This document shows positions 1 to 9,448 of a DNA stretch of 64,000 bases, piece after piece (the first letter of the stretch is position 1; every line of letters begins with the position of its first letter). A program made the position numbers and the translations under genes. The notes under the pieces are model-generated. The model worked only from the letters and a program-made list of their open reading frames with translations. It ran no database searches and was not told the DNA's origin. Source of the stretch: Phycisphaeraceae bacterium (GTDB lineage: Bacteria; Planctomycetota; Phycisphaerae; Phycisphaerales; Zrk34); the NCBI GenBank assembly GCA_040905565.1, contig JBBDRF010000021.1, positions 32,001-96,000 on the forward strand, in the 5' to 3' direction.

Positions 1-1
1 G

Positions 2-190
2 GAGCTTCACGAGATCGTCCGGGAGGGCATGGGTGTTCCCGAAGACGGGGGCCGATACCAGGTGGGCCCCTGGCTCTCCTTCGATTCCACCGCTGAGCGA
101 TTCACAGGTGAACACGCCGACCGCGCCAACGAACTGCTACGCGATCAACGCCGCGACGAATTCGAAATGCCCGCTGCCGACGCCGTCTGA
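2..190 (+). CDS. 3' end of a gene entering the window, probably a Gfo/Idh/MocA-family oxidoreductase
   Basis: Frame from position 2 reads ELHEIVREGMG...GPWLSFDSTAERFTGEHADRANELLRDQRRDEFEMPAADAV* (TGA 188-190), resembling the typical C-terminus of planctomycete Gfo/Idh/MocA proteins. Confidence 0.6.
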   Translation, partial: ELHEIVREGMGVPEDGGRYQVGPWLSFDSTAERFTGEHADRANELLRDQRRDEFEMPAADAV

Positions 191-335
191 CGTCTACGTC
201 AGTCTGCCGCAGCTGAGCGTTTTCCGGATGCTCACACTTCGACCATTCTCTCGGCCTGTGGCGGGGGCATGGTCCAGTTGTGTCTCTATGTTTTGCCCAA
301 GCCGATCCGCCGTTCCAGGCACTGACCATGACAAT

Positions 336-368
336 AAAAAGGGCCCTGCATCGTACTGATGCAGGGCC
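336..368 (-). terminator. Rho-independent terminator for the minus-strand pilin-like genes
   Basis: 11-bp perfect stem GGCCCTGCATC (342-352) / GATGCAGGGCC (358-368) with a 5-nt loop. AAAAA at 336-340 gives a U-tract on the minus strand, 37 nt after the stop at 406. Confidence 0.85.
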
Positions 369-405
369 GCAGGTTGATACCAGAGTTGTCAATCGTGTTA
401 AACGA

Positions 406-1200
406 TCAATCGGCGAGACCGGGCACTTCAATCTTGAAGTACTGATCGCGCCAGCCATCCTGCTGAGCGCCGCGGCTGATCTCGTCGCGGTTATGCCAGC
501 GAACGCTACCATCCTCGAACAGGAAGTTGGCGCCGGCGAAGGTGTCGGTTTCGCCGTTGCCCCTCATGTGGTTGGCGGTGGGGACGCCGTCGTCCGTCAT
601 GAACACGCCGTTGAGAGCCTGAAGGACGTCGCTCATCAGGGGCGCTTTCGAGAACGCACCGTCGTAGGTGATCTTCGTGACCCAGGGGCGCGTGCCGTCC
701 CAAATGTTAATGTTTCCGGGAGGGCTGTTGCGGTTGGGCAGCGTGTAGTAGCCGAGCGTTAAGTGAGTCTGATCCTGGGGATCCGTCAGGTCAGGCTGGG
801 CTGAATGCCTGCGCTCTTGCTGCTCCGTCGGACAGGTCAAGATGTTGTTCTCGCCATTTCGGATGGCGTCCGCATCATAACCGGTGAGGTAATCAGCGAC
901 GAACTCGTGATACTCGCCGTTCCAGTAGGGGGGCTCTGTCCGGTAGAGGCCGTCGGGGCTACCACCGTTGAGGGGGAAGCGGTTGTTGTGATCGTTCGCC
1001 CAGATAGCCAGGCTGCTGCCCCACTGCCTGAGGTTGGACGCACAGGAGACCTTCAGCGCCTCCTGCCTGGCACGACCGAGAGCCGGCAACAGAATGGCCA
1101 TCAGAAGGGCAATGATACCTACCACAACTAAGAGCTCAATCAGGGTGAAGCCGACGATACGACGACGGCACGCACTATTACGGACAGAGAAACGTTTCAT
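406..1200 (-). CDS. Prepilin-type N-terminal cleavage/methylation protein (DUF1559-like pseudopilin), copy 1
   Basis: Basic leader then [33 protein letters not shown] and C-terminal H...[11 protein letters not shown]. Start set at ATG 1200 with AGGA upstream. Confidence 0.9.
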   Translation of the reverse strand: MKRFSVRNSACRRRIVGFTLIELLVVVGIIALLMAILLPALGRARQEALKVSCASNLRQWGSSLAIWANDHNNRFPLNGGSPDGLYRTEPPYWNGEYHEFVADYLTGYDADAIRNGENNILTCPTEQQERRHSAQPDLTDPQDQTHLTLGYYTLPNRNSPPGNINIWDGTRPWVTKITYDGAFSKAPLMSDVLQALNGVFMTDDGVPTANHMRGNGETDTFAGANFLFEDGSVRWHNRDEISRGAQQDGWRDQYFKIEVPGLAD

Positions 1201-1271
1201 TGAGATTCCTTCCGGCGACATGGCCGGGACTGCGAACAACTCCTGCAAGCTTATTCAAACTTGCGAATAGA

Positions 1272-2063
1272 TTAGTCGGCAAGGCCGGGGACCGCGATTT
1301 TGAAGTACTGATCGCGCCAGCCATCCTGTACAGCACCGCGGCTGATCTCGTCGCGGTTATGCCAGCGGACGCTGCCATCCTCGAACAAGAAGTTCGCGCC
1401 GGCGAAAGTGTCCGTTTCGCCGCTGCCCCTCATGTGGTTCGCGCTGGGCACGTCGTTGTAGATAAACTCGCCGTTGAAAGCCTGAAGAACGTCGCTCATC
1501 AGAGGCGCTTTCGAGAACGCACCGTCGTAGGTGATCTTCGTGACCCAAGGGCGGGTGCCGTCCCACGTGGTGATGTTTCCGGGAGGGCTGTTGCGGTTGG
1601 GCAGCGTGTAGTAGCCGAGCGTCAAGTGGGTCTGGTCCTGGGGATCGCTCAGGTCAGGCTGATTTGTGTGGTTGCGCTCGTTCTGCTCGGTCGGGCAGGT
1701 CAAGATGTTGTTCTCACCACTTCGGATCGCCTCCGCATCGAACCCAGTGAGGTAATCAGCGACGAACTCGTGATACTCGCCGTTCCAGTAGGGGGGCTCT
1801 GTCCGGTAGAGGCCGTCGGGGCTACCACCGTTGAGGGGGAAGCGGTTGTTGTGATCGTTCGCCCAGATAGCCAGGCTGCTGCCCCACTGCCTGAGGTTGG
1901 ACGCACAGGAGACCTTCAGCGCCTCCTGCCTGGCACGACCGAGAGCCGGCAACAGAATGGCCATCAGAAGGGCAATGATACCTACCACAACCAAGAGCTC
2001 AATCAGGGTGAAGCCGACGATACGACGACGGCACGCGCTATTACGGACAGGTTTACGTTCCAT
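1272..2063 (-). CDS. Prepilin-type N-terminal cleavage/methylation protein (DUF1559-like pseudopilin), copy 2
   Basis: Same motifs as copy 1 and highly similar protein. AAGGA upstream of ATG 2063. Confidence 0.9.
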   Translation of the reverse strand: MERKPVRNSACRRRIVGFTLIELLVVVGIIALLMAILLPALGRARQEALKVSCASNLRQWGSSLAIWANDHNNRFPLNGGSPDGLYRTEPPYWNGEYHEFVADYLTGFDAEAIRSGENNILTCPTEQNERNHTNQPDLSDPQDQTHLTLGYYTLPNRNSPPGNITTWDGTRPWVTKITYDGAFSKAPLMSDVLQAFNGEFIYNDVPSANHMRGSGETDTFAGANFLFEDGSVRWHNRDEISRGAVQDGWRDQYFKIAVPGLAD

Positions 2064-2391
2064 GTGGGATTTCCTTTCGGGGACATGGCCGAGTTTGCGA
2101 CCAGAGCTATCTATCCTCTACCTTGTCAGGTGTGGATCAATTGGCATCAAGCCGTCACTCACTATCGCTTGCGAAGAATGCAGAACGTTGAAACGTGCGG
2201 GTAACGTTCTTGACCTCTCTCCACCCTCCTCTCCGACAGACCCTCAACATCAGACGCGGTCCAGCACAAAAGGAGCCGCCGTCTGATCGGGTTTTCTAGA
2301 CACGCCTTCTCGTTTTAGGCGTGAAGCCTCAAAGTATGCGCCTCAATTAGAACAACGTGAATCGGGTAAATATCGATCACTTCTTTAACTG

Positions 2392-2419
2392 ATTGTAAAG
2401 CCTTCTGCTGCCGGGTCAA
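2392..2419 (-). promoter_or_regulatory. Putative sigma70 promoter for the pilin-like pair
   Basis: Minus strand TTGACC-16 nt-TACAAT in an AT-rich intergenic patch. Confidence 0.55.
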
Positions 2420-2516
2420 TTGGTTTTTGTTATATAAAACGATTTTATCTAATCTTTTTATGAAGCAATTACGGACTCATTTGTTAGTACAAACGAGAAT
2501 CGGCAGAACGCGTTGG

Positions 2517-4190
2517 TCATTCATCCGCCATCGCATCGCGTTCGTAGATCGTCAGCACCTGATTCGGCTGCACGTTTGTCAACTCCTGCTCAAGACCGCT
2601 CGGCCACCTGATATGGATGTGGTCGACCGTCCCCTCTAGATCGCCCAGCCCGAAGTGGGCCGTGGTCTCGTTATGGGCAAGAAAGTTTCCTCCAAGGTTC
2701 ACATCATGGACCATGGAGAAACTTTCGCTTCTGCGTGGAATCACGGTGATGAATGCGCCGATGCCCATCCGGTTGGAAACCTCTCCCACCGTCTTAATGC
2801 GGAGCCATTTATTTGTTCCGCCGTTGTTGCGGTACAGCACGGGTTCGGCGGCGTTGTTGATCACCAGGATGTCCTGGTAACCATCATTGTCGAAGTCCGC
2901 CACGAGCAGGCCTCGACCTTGCCCGCGGTCGGTCAGCCCCGCCTCGCTGGAGATTTCCTCAAACTTATAGCCGTCGCTTTCGCCGCGGTTGCGCCAGAAG
3001 CGCATTTGTCTTTCTTCGAAGGGCGAATCGCGGAAACCATTGACCATGACCAGATCCCGGACACCGTTATTGTTGGCATCGATAAAAGCCGGTGCCCATC
3101 CCCACGCGCCTTCGCGGACGCCGAGGTCGGTCTGATCGCTGAAGTAGATCCCTTCGATGCCCCATCGCATTTCGTTGCGGTAGAGTCGATTGCCGTTGCC
3201 GTTTCCGGCGCCGCCGTAGATAGACGTGGTAAACCAGTCGAGCCAGCCATCGTTGTTGTAGTCGGCTACGGTTGAGCCCATCTCATTATGGCCCGTGCCG
3301 GTGCCCATTTTGTTGGTGACATCAACGAAGGTTCCGTCGCCCTGATTTCTCAGGTACTGACTTTTTCCATAATCGTTGATGACCAGCAGGTCCATCAAAC
3401 CATTCATATCCAAGTCGGCGAATCGAGCGGTAAAACCGTGTTCGTTCTTAGGAGTATCAAGGCCGGCCTGTTTGGTGACGTCGTCGAAATACGCGGGGGC
3501 TTCGGCTCCACGGTTGCGATAGAGCCTGTTCATCGGTCGGTTCAGGCGGTAGTTGGGCGTTTCACGTCGGCGGTCCCACTCGTTGATGAACACATCAAGA
3601 TAGCCGTCGTTGTTATAGTCGCCTGCCGTGACGCCCATGCCGAAGTGCGTCAGCCATTCGTCTTCGGGAAAGGCGTGGGCGGTGCCGCGCTCCTCGCCCT
3701 GTTCGATAAGTTTGCCGTTGCCGTCATTGATGAATAGCAGGTGACGATGGCCTCCGGAAACGCTTACGACGAGGTCCAAATGTCCGTTGTTATTCAGGTC
3801 CGCCAGCAGAGCGCCGTTGGTATGGGCATTGATGCGATCTGGGCCGAAGACTTCTTCGGAGACGTCGACGAACGTGCCGTCGCCCATGTTCTTGTACATG
3901 ATATCCGTGTCATCCTGGCGGGTGACGAACAGGTCGGCTCGACCGTTGCCGAAGAAGTCTCCTACCGCCGCACCGCCGGTCAGGAAGTAGACTTCCATGC
4001 GGTCTTGTTGCCGGCGCTGGACATGCGTCAGGCCCGCCTCCTTGGTGACGTCGGTGAAGGCGATATCCTCTGCGGCCGCCGTGCCGCTCATCATGCATAT
4101 CGAAGGAAGGACGATGGTCATCAGCAAGGCCTGATAGAGATAGGCTCTGCTATGCTTCCACCGTTGTCTGATCGAGGATTGGATGCGCAT
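2517..4190 (-). CDS. CRTAC1-family protein (FG-GAP/VCBS-like repeats + ASPIC/UnbV domain)
   Basis: Repeated DxNNDGxxD motifs (GDYNNDGYLDV, ADYNNDGWLDW, ADFDNDGYQDI), NRMGIGA...AHFGLG...IRWPSG C-terminus and an N-terminal hydrophobic signal. Confidence 0.88.
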   Translation of the reverse strand: MRIQSSIRQRWKHSRAYLYQALLMTIVLPSICMMSGTAAAEDIAFTDVTKEAGLTHVQRRQQDRMEVYFLTGGAAVGDFFGNGRADLFVTRQDDTDIMYKNMGDGTFVDVSEEVFGPDRINAHTNGALLADLNNNGHLDLVVSVSGGHRHLLFINDGNGKLIEQGEERGTAHAFPEDEWLTHFGMGVTAGDYNNDGYLDVFINEWDRRRETPNYRLNRPMNRLYRNRGAEAPAYFDDVTKQAGLDTPKNEHGFTARFADLDMNGLMDLLVINDYGKSQYLRNQGDGTFVDVTNKMGTGTGHNEMGSTVADYNNDGWLDWFTTSIYGGAGNGNGNRLYRNEMRWGIEGIYFSDQTDLGVREGAWGWAPAFIDANNNGVRDLVMVNGFRDSPFEERQMRFWRNRGESDGYKFEEISSEAGLTDRGQGRGLLVADFDNDGYQDILVINNAAEPVLYRNNGGTNKWLRIKTVGEVSNRMGIGAFITVIPRRSESFSMVHDVNLGGNFLAHNETTAHFGLGDLEGTVDHIHIRWPSGLEQELTNVQPNQVLTIYERDAMADE

Positions 4191-4235
4191 GGTGCGAAGC
4201 TCCGCTAGGTGTCGATTCAGAAAACGGGTAGCGTC

Positions 4236-5687
4236 TTACTCGACGGGACGGAGATAGTTTTCGAACACGTACTTCCCAATCGCCCGGCCGAGCAATTGGC
4301 CGTCGCGGTTGGCGAATTCATAGTGGATCCCACCGTAGATTCGGCTTCGGCCTGCTTCCTCCGCCGCCTCTGTAAAGCTGGTGAAGGTGCGCTCTTCGTC
4401 GGCGATAGCGTCGTCGCCTGTGATGGTGAAGGTGACGTTATCCGTGCCGAAGAACCGCGACAGCACGGCTGCCCCCACACCGCAGGCGGTGCTATGACCG
4501 CTCACGTATTCAGGATGCTGTGAAGTTGGGATCATCGGGAGCCAGTCCGCGTCGGGGTGGTTCTCATCCTCAATACCCGATCGGACGGCATGCACCGGTC
4601 GCCAAAGATTGTGTTCATACTTGAAATACCAGCAGGCAGACGTTGCATCGACGCCCGCGAGCTTGAATAGCGTGTAAAGCCGCGAGGCCTCCTCCAGATC
4701 GAGCTCACGCTCGGCGACCAGATAATCGATGATGCGGCACCAGTCGCCGGCCGGCGTGATGGTCCCGAGCGAATTCTTCCCGCCATCCGGCTGCAGTCCT
4801 TTGGACGCCCAGAAGAAAGCTGTCCTGTACTGGTAGTCCACCTCCGGCGGCAGCTCGCCGCCGGGATAATTGGCCGGGTTGTACCGCTCACGCCTGCCCA
4901 GTTCACGCACCTCCGCCAGATCACGCTTCCACTCTTCGCTATCCAATGAAGGAGGCCCGGGGACCATGAACTGAGTGATCCGCTCCAGTACGAACGGCTC
5001 GATGCGATGGCCCCAGTACGGCTCCGCCGCATAGATATTTGCGTCAGGGGTCAACTCGTCCATGCGGTAACGACCCTTTTTGACGATGAAGTCGTCATAC
5101 TCTTCGGTGATGTGCGAACCGTCTTCTTCGCGCCAACGCAGCATCGCCTCGCCGACCTCTCGCCCCCATGCCATGCCGGCCCGCATCTTCTTCTCGGTCA
5201 GATCCCCCGCACGGATCCGCTCCATCAGCCGGACCAGTTCTGTCTGCCTCGCTGAGTTGAGCACGTTCTGGGTTTGCGCCACGATGCCTCGGCCGGCCAA
5301 CTCACCTCCATGCTCACCGAAGAGCCCCTCGAGCACCACGAAGGCAGCTTCCATGGTCGCCGCCTCACGCGAAGCAGGCGTCTGCTCCTCTCGCGTCATT
5401 CGGTAGGGCTCGTACCGCCCGGAGATGCCGTTGATGGCGTCGAAGATCGCGCCGTGCATCATCGCCGCGGCACGCGCACTACGCACCGCCGTGTCTCCGC
5501 TGCGCTGGGGGCGATTCTCACGGTCGTACCGGTTGAGCTCTCGAAGCATCCGGTACATCGTGTCGTTCCAATGCTGAAGCACATGCGCGGCGTCTGGTTT
5601 TTCCGCCGCTCTCACTGCCTGAGGCGCCGCGAGGAACACCAGCAAAATCGCGCCAACAAAGAACGCAGATAGTCGTGACCTGATCAT
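4236..5687 (-). CDS. Secreted vanadium-dependent haloperoxidase-like / PAP2-superfamily protein
   Basis: Motifs KYEHNLWRP, HPEYVSGHS and SRIYGGIHY. Signal peptide ending in AVRA. Start ATG 5687 preceded by GGAG/GAGG. Confidence 0.85.
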   Translation of the reverse strand: MIRSRLSAFFVGAILLVFLAAPQAVRAAEKPDAAHVLQHWNDTMYRMLRELNRYDRENRPQRSGDTAVRSARAAAMMHGAIFDAINGISGRYEPYRMTREEQTPASREAATMEAAFVVLEGLFGEHGGELAGRGIVAQTQNVLNSARQTELVRLMERIRAGDLTEKKMRAGMAWGREVGEAMLRWREEDGSHITEEYDDFIVKKGRYRMDELTPDANIYAAEPYWGHRIEPFVLERITQFMVPGPPSLDSEEWKRDLAEVRELGRRERYNPANYPGGELPPEVDYQYRTAFFWASKGLQPDGGKNSLGTITPAGDWCRIIDYLVAERELDLEEASRLYTLFKLAGVDATSACWYFKYEHNLWRPVHAVRSGIEDENHPDADWLPMIPTSQHPEYVSGHSTACGVGAAVLSRFFGTDNVTFTITGDDAIADEERTFTSFTEAAEEAGRSRIYGGIHYEFANRDGQLLGRAIGKYVFENYLRPVE

Positions 5688-5870
5688 TGCCTCATCTCCA
5701 AATCCCGCGGGCGCTCGACGCCGACCCCGCAGAAGCTTAGATTCCATATACGGGCAAAAAACTACAAAAACCCGCTACATACTCAAGAAACTCATCGCCG
5801 TCTAAACTGCTCTCTTGCAATCAACATGATCGAGCAGGGATGTAGCCCAAGACTTGCTTCCTCCTTACTG

Positions 5871-5898
5871 ATTTTACCGCGTTCTTCTGCGATGACAA
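5871..5898 (-). promoter_or_regulatory. Putative sigma70 promoter for the haloperoxidase-CRTAC1 genes
   Basis: Minus strand TTGTCA-16 nt-TAAAAT. An upstream inverted repeat TTTTATT (5924-5930) / AATAAAA (5943-5949) may be an operator. Confidence 0.45.
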
Positions 5899-6181
5899 TC
5901 ATTCGTTTGTATAAAGATCGCAGTTTTATTTACGAACTGTGCAATAAAATCTTCCCGGTGCTCGGCGATTGCAGCAGATCCACAGGGAGGGGAGGGTAGC
6001 AGAACCATCGGAGGTGGACGAAGGAAGGGGAGGGAGGGCCAGACGACCGGCAGTCTCGGCGAGGCTTCTCAAAGGCGGGAAGCCGTCCCGGCTGGTCTGC
6101 CGGGAGGTGGCGACACAGTCCGGCGGAGCCGGGACGCGGATATCGCTAAGAAATGAACTCGGCGGGGGTAAGAAAAGAAAG

Positions 6182-6256
6182 GGTGGCTGAGGGGATTTGA
6201 ACCCCCGACCCCCTGGACCACAACCAGGTGCTCTAACCAACTGAGCTACAGCCACC
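6182..6256 (-). tRNA. tRNA-His (GTG)
   Basis: Reverse complement GGTGGCTGTAGCTCAGTTGGTTAGAGCACCTGGTTGTGGTCCAGGGGGTCGGGGGTTCAAATCCCCTCAGCCACC forms a cloverleaf with GTG anticodon, G-1:C73 pair and TTCAAAT T-loop. Full CCA is not encoded. Confidence 0.96.
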
Positions 6257-6292
6257 GCATGCCGATCTTCGATTGATCGGTGCGAAGAGTGA

Positions 6293-6321
6293 AATTTAGC
6301 CGCTCGCACGCGAGGTGTCAA
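6293..6321 (-). promoter_or_regulatory. sigma70 promoter of tRNA-His
   Basis: Minus strand TTGACA-17 nt-TAAATT, about 35 nt upstream of the tRNA. Confidence 0.65.
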
Positions 6322-6401
6322 ACGCCCCGTGCCGGTGTAAAGTAGGTCCCCCGGGCAGCGATCGTGATGCTGCCGGCGTGTTGTGCCTGAAGGAGCGGAC
6401 T

Positions 6402-8030
6402 GTGCTGGTTTTGAACATCATCCAAGGCCCGGATAAGGGGCGGCAGTTTGAGTTGCCCGACGATGAGCCGCAGCTGATCGGGCGGAGCAGCGAAGCCCTG
6501 CCGCTGACCGATCCCACGATCTCACGCCGGCATGCCGAGCTGACGCCCGACGATGGCAACTGGGTTGTCCATGACCTGTCCTCCGCCAACGGCACCTACG
6601 TCAACGGCACGCGCATCATGAAGCCGACCGTCCTTCGGGCCGGCGACCAGGTCCGCACCGGCTCCACGCTGTTCGTCTTCGGGCGCACGCCTGCCGTTGC
6701 TGCCAAGCCGGTGCGCGTGCTGGCTGCGGGCCGGATCGACGCTTCGGTCGAAGCCACCGTGTCGTCCAATGATGATTCGCTGATCATGGCTTCGCCAGAA
6801 CCCTCAGCCGCGGCGGCAGGGCACCTGAAAATCCTCTACGACCTGATGCAGTTGATCGGCTCGATCTTCGATCGGCAACTGCTGCTCGAACGCGTTATGG
6901 ATCTGGTCTTCGAGCACTTCGCGCCGGACCGCGGCTTTGTGCTGCTGGGCGGGCCTGAGGATCTCAAGCCCGAGCCCGTGGTGGTGCGCTATCGCATGGC
7001 GCAGCCGACGGAGGAGGACAGCCGATTCACCGTCAGCCGAACGATTGTGCAGCATGTGATGACGCGCGTGGAGGGGGTGCTTTCGAGCAATGCGATGTCC
7101 GACCGTCGCTTCTCAGCCGGCGAAAGCATCCAGGCGTACGGCATCCGTTCCGCGATTTGCGTGCCGTTGAAGTTCCGCGAGCGCATCTTCGGCGTAATCT
7201 ACATCGATTCAAAAATCGCCAACTACACCTTTACCGAAGATCAGCTTCGGCTGATGACCGCCATCGGCGCCCAGACGGGGTTGGCGCTGGCGAACGCCGA
7301 CCTTTATCAGCAGGGCCTGGCGCAGGCGCGTTTGGCAGCGGTGGGGGAGACGGTGGCCTCGCTGTCGCATTCCATTCGCAACATGCTCCAGGCTTTGCGT
7401 GGCGGGGCGGAAGTCGTGGAACTGGGGCTTCGTAAGAAAGATCTGGAGTGCGTTTCGAGCGGCTGGGAAGTGCTTTCACGCAACCTTGATCGCATCTTCG
7501 ATCTGACGATGAACATGCTCGCGTTCTCGAAGCAGCGGAAGCCTGAGTTCGACAATGTCGATCTCGCGGAACTGGTCAAGGAAGTCAGCGAACTGATGCG
7601 GCCGCAGTTCGAGAAGCGAAACGTGAAGCTGATCACCAACTGCCACCCCGAGCTGCCGATGGTTCCAGCGGATGTCAATGGCTTGCATCAGGTGATCGTG
7701 AACCTGCTCGGCAACGCGCTGGATGCGGTGGAACCGGAGGACGGCTGCGTCACGCTGGAGTGCAGCTTCGATGAGGGACGCCAGCGTGCGACGATCCTGG
7801 TCAGCGACAACGGCGAGGGCATTGAGGAGGAGAACCTGAAGCAGGTCTTTACGCCGTTCTACTCCACCAAGGGCCTGCGCGGAACGGGGCTCGGTCTGGC
7901 GGTGGCGAAGAAGATCATTCAGGAGCACGGCGGCGCGATCGATATGAAATCAGAGACCGGCCAGGGGACGCGATTCACCATCACGCTTTCGGCGCAGAAT
8001 CGCATCGATCCGGCGGCGACGGCAGGATGA
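6402..8030 (+). CDS. FHA + GAF domain sensor histidine kinase
   Basis: FHA (IGRS, ISRRHA, SANGTYVNG), GAF (SAICVPL...GVIYIDS), H-box SHSIRN, N-box NLLGNALDA and G boxes DNGEGI, GTGLGL. GTG 6402 follows AGGAG. Confidence 0.9.
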   Translation: MLVLNIIQGPDKGRQFELPDDEPQLIGRSSEALPLTDPTISRRHAELTPDDGNWVVHDLSSANGTYVNGTRIMKPTVLRAGDQVRTGSTLFVFGRTPAVAAKPVRVLAAGRIDASVEATVSSNDDSLIMASPEPSAAAAGHLKILYDLMQLIGSIFDRQLLLERVMDLVFEHFAPDRGFVLLGGPEDLKPEPVVVRYRMAQPTEEDSRFTVSRTIVQHVMTRVEGVLSSNAMSDRRFSAGESIQAYGIRSAICVPLKFRERIFGVIYIDSKIANYTFTEDQLRLMTAIGAQTGLALANADLYQQGLAQARLAAVGETVASLSHSIRNMLQALRGGAEVVELGLRKKDLECVSSGWEVLSRNLDRIFDLTMNMLAFSKQRKPEFDNVDLAELVKEVSELMRPQFEKRNVKLITNCHPELPMVPADVNGLHQVIVNLLGNALDAVEPEDGCVTLECSFDEGRQRATILVSDNGEGIEEENLKQVFTPFYSTKGLRGTGLGLAVAKKIIQEHGGAIDMKSETGQGTRFTITLSAQNRIDPAATAG

Positions 8031-8055
8031 ACCGGAGTGGTGGTGGCGGGGGGGG

Positions 8056-8727
8056 TCAGTCGTCCCAGCCGCTGCCGACGGCACGGGGCTCGTGACGGTA
8101 GAACAGGCGTGCCACGTCTTCGCCTGTTTTCTGTGCGAGCGTCTGGGCGAGAACGGCGGCGGTGCCGCGCGACTCCTGCTGCGTGCGGAAGAACATGGTG
8201 GTGGTCACTCGCGTGCCGTAGTCGTCCCGGGCGGGAAACAGCCGCTGGCCCGTCTCGACATCAATCAGCTTTACGCGAACGATCGCACGTGGTCGGTAGG
8301 TCTCGGTTTTCGTGGGCTCACTGCTCTGAAACTGTTCGACCCGGATATAAAGGACCTGCTCGGCCTCAACATGACGCCCGACCCGATCGATCGGCCAATC
8401 ACTGAAATCCGGCTCATTCAGCCGTGCCGTGGCCAGTCGATTGCCGGCGACGAAGGTGGTGATGACCTCCTCTTGCGTGAGATTATGTCGAACCGCAGCG
8501 ACAAGCGTGGCACGCAGCGAAGATTGCGGCAGCACGTTTCCAGGATCGTCGACGAAAACCACCGTCGTTCGGTCGGCCGGGGTGTAGGCTGCGGGAATTC
8601 TGTCCGGCGGCATGAACGCATCCAGCAGGAAACCGGGAGCCGCGCAACCGACCAGCACCAAGGGGAGCAGGAATGCTGGGGCAAGGCGGCCGATGCGCGA
8701 AAGCCTGAATGAATCGTGAATCATCAT
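8056..8727 (-). CDS. Hypothetical lipoprotein
   Basis: Signal peptide with lipobox LVGC. Paralogous to the adjacent ORF. Confidence 0.7.
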   Translation of the reverse strand: MMIHDSFRLSRIGRLAPAFLLPLVLVGCAAPGFLLDAFMPPDRIPAAYTPADRTTVVFVDDPGNVLPQSSLRATLVAAVRHNLTQEEVITTFVAGNRLATARLNEPDFSDWPIDRVGRHVEAEQVLYIRVEQFQSSEPTKTETYRPRAIVRVKLIDVETGQRLFPARDDYGTRVTTTMFFRTQQESRGTAAVLAQTLAQKTGEDVARLFYRHEPRAVGSGWDD

Positions 8728-8743
8728 CTCTTCTCCAGCGACA

Positions 8744-9400
8744 TCAGCGACGGCTTTTGTGCTCGTAGAATTTACCGATCGTGGCCTGTGCGAACCGCTC
8801 CAGCGTGGCCAGGCGAATGGTGCGCTGGTCGGCGTTGAGGAGCCCGACTTCGCTGTCTGGCGGGTACTCGACCGAGACCGTGGTGGCGTAGACCAGATCG
8901 TTCGGGTTTGGCGCTTCGACCTCAGTGACGCCGATGTTCGCGGTCATCAACCCACGCCAGATGTTCACGTTGCCCGGTTCGTGCAGGCGGTAATCGACAA
9001 GCTCGACCACAACAAGCCGGTCGACCTCCAGCCGCTCCATCAGGTCGGCGTAGGACGAAGTATTCCAGTAGAGGTTACGCTGCTGAAACGTGATGATCTC
9101 GCGGGGATTGCGGACCGTGACGCCGGGCACGTGGTCGGTGAGGCGTTCTGAGAGAATCGTCGCAACTTCAAGCTGCGCCAACGGGTGTTCGAACACGACG
9201 CTCAGGTCCGCATCGACCAGCACCGCGACGCGCTGATTTTCAAGCTCGAGATATTCCGCGGGAACTTTGACCTCGGCATTAGGATCGACGAAGCCGTCGG
9301 CCAGCCACCCCGCAGCGACGCAACCCTGTGAGGCGAGAACGGCTGCCGCTGTAAGGGCAAGAGCAGCGGCGGGAATTGTGAGGCGGGGGAGGATATTCAT
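8744..9400 (-). CDS. Hypothetical lipoprotein
   Basis: Signal peptide with lipobox-like SQGC. Paralogous to 8056-8727. Confidence 0.7.
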   Translation of the reverse strand: MNILPRLTIPAAALALTAAAVLASQGCVAAGWLADGFVDPNAEVKVPAEYLELENQRVAVLVDADLSVVFEHPLAQLEVATILSERLTDHVPGVTVRNPREIITFQQRNLYWNTSSYADLMERLEVDRLVVVELVDYRLHEPGNVNIWRGLMTANIGVTEVEAPNPNDLVYATTVSVEYPPDSEVGLLNADQRTIRLATLERFAQATIGKFYEHKSRR

Positions 9401-9448
9401 GAGCGTGTGGTTCCGGTACAGACTGGACGTGCTGGGACTAAGGGGACA

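Larger units (their letters stand above)
406..2100. repeat. Tandem gene duplication (unit about 863-866 bp)
   Basis: 884-1187 matches 1747-2050 with only 2 mismatches. The rest of the genes align with many substitutions, and the upstream motif GACATGGCCG is also shared. Confidence 0.95.

Noticed and set aside
406..2063. Diversity-generating retroelement (TR/VR pair) as an explanation for the two pilin-like copies
   Set aside because: The differences are mostly third-position changes of all base types, not adenine-specific. Both copies are full genes and no reverse transcriptase is in the window
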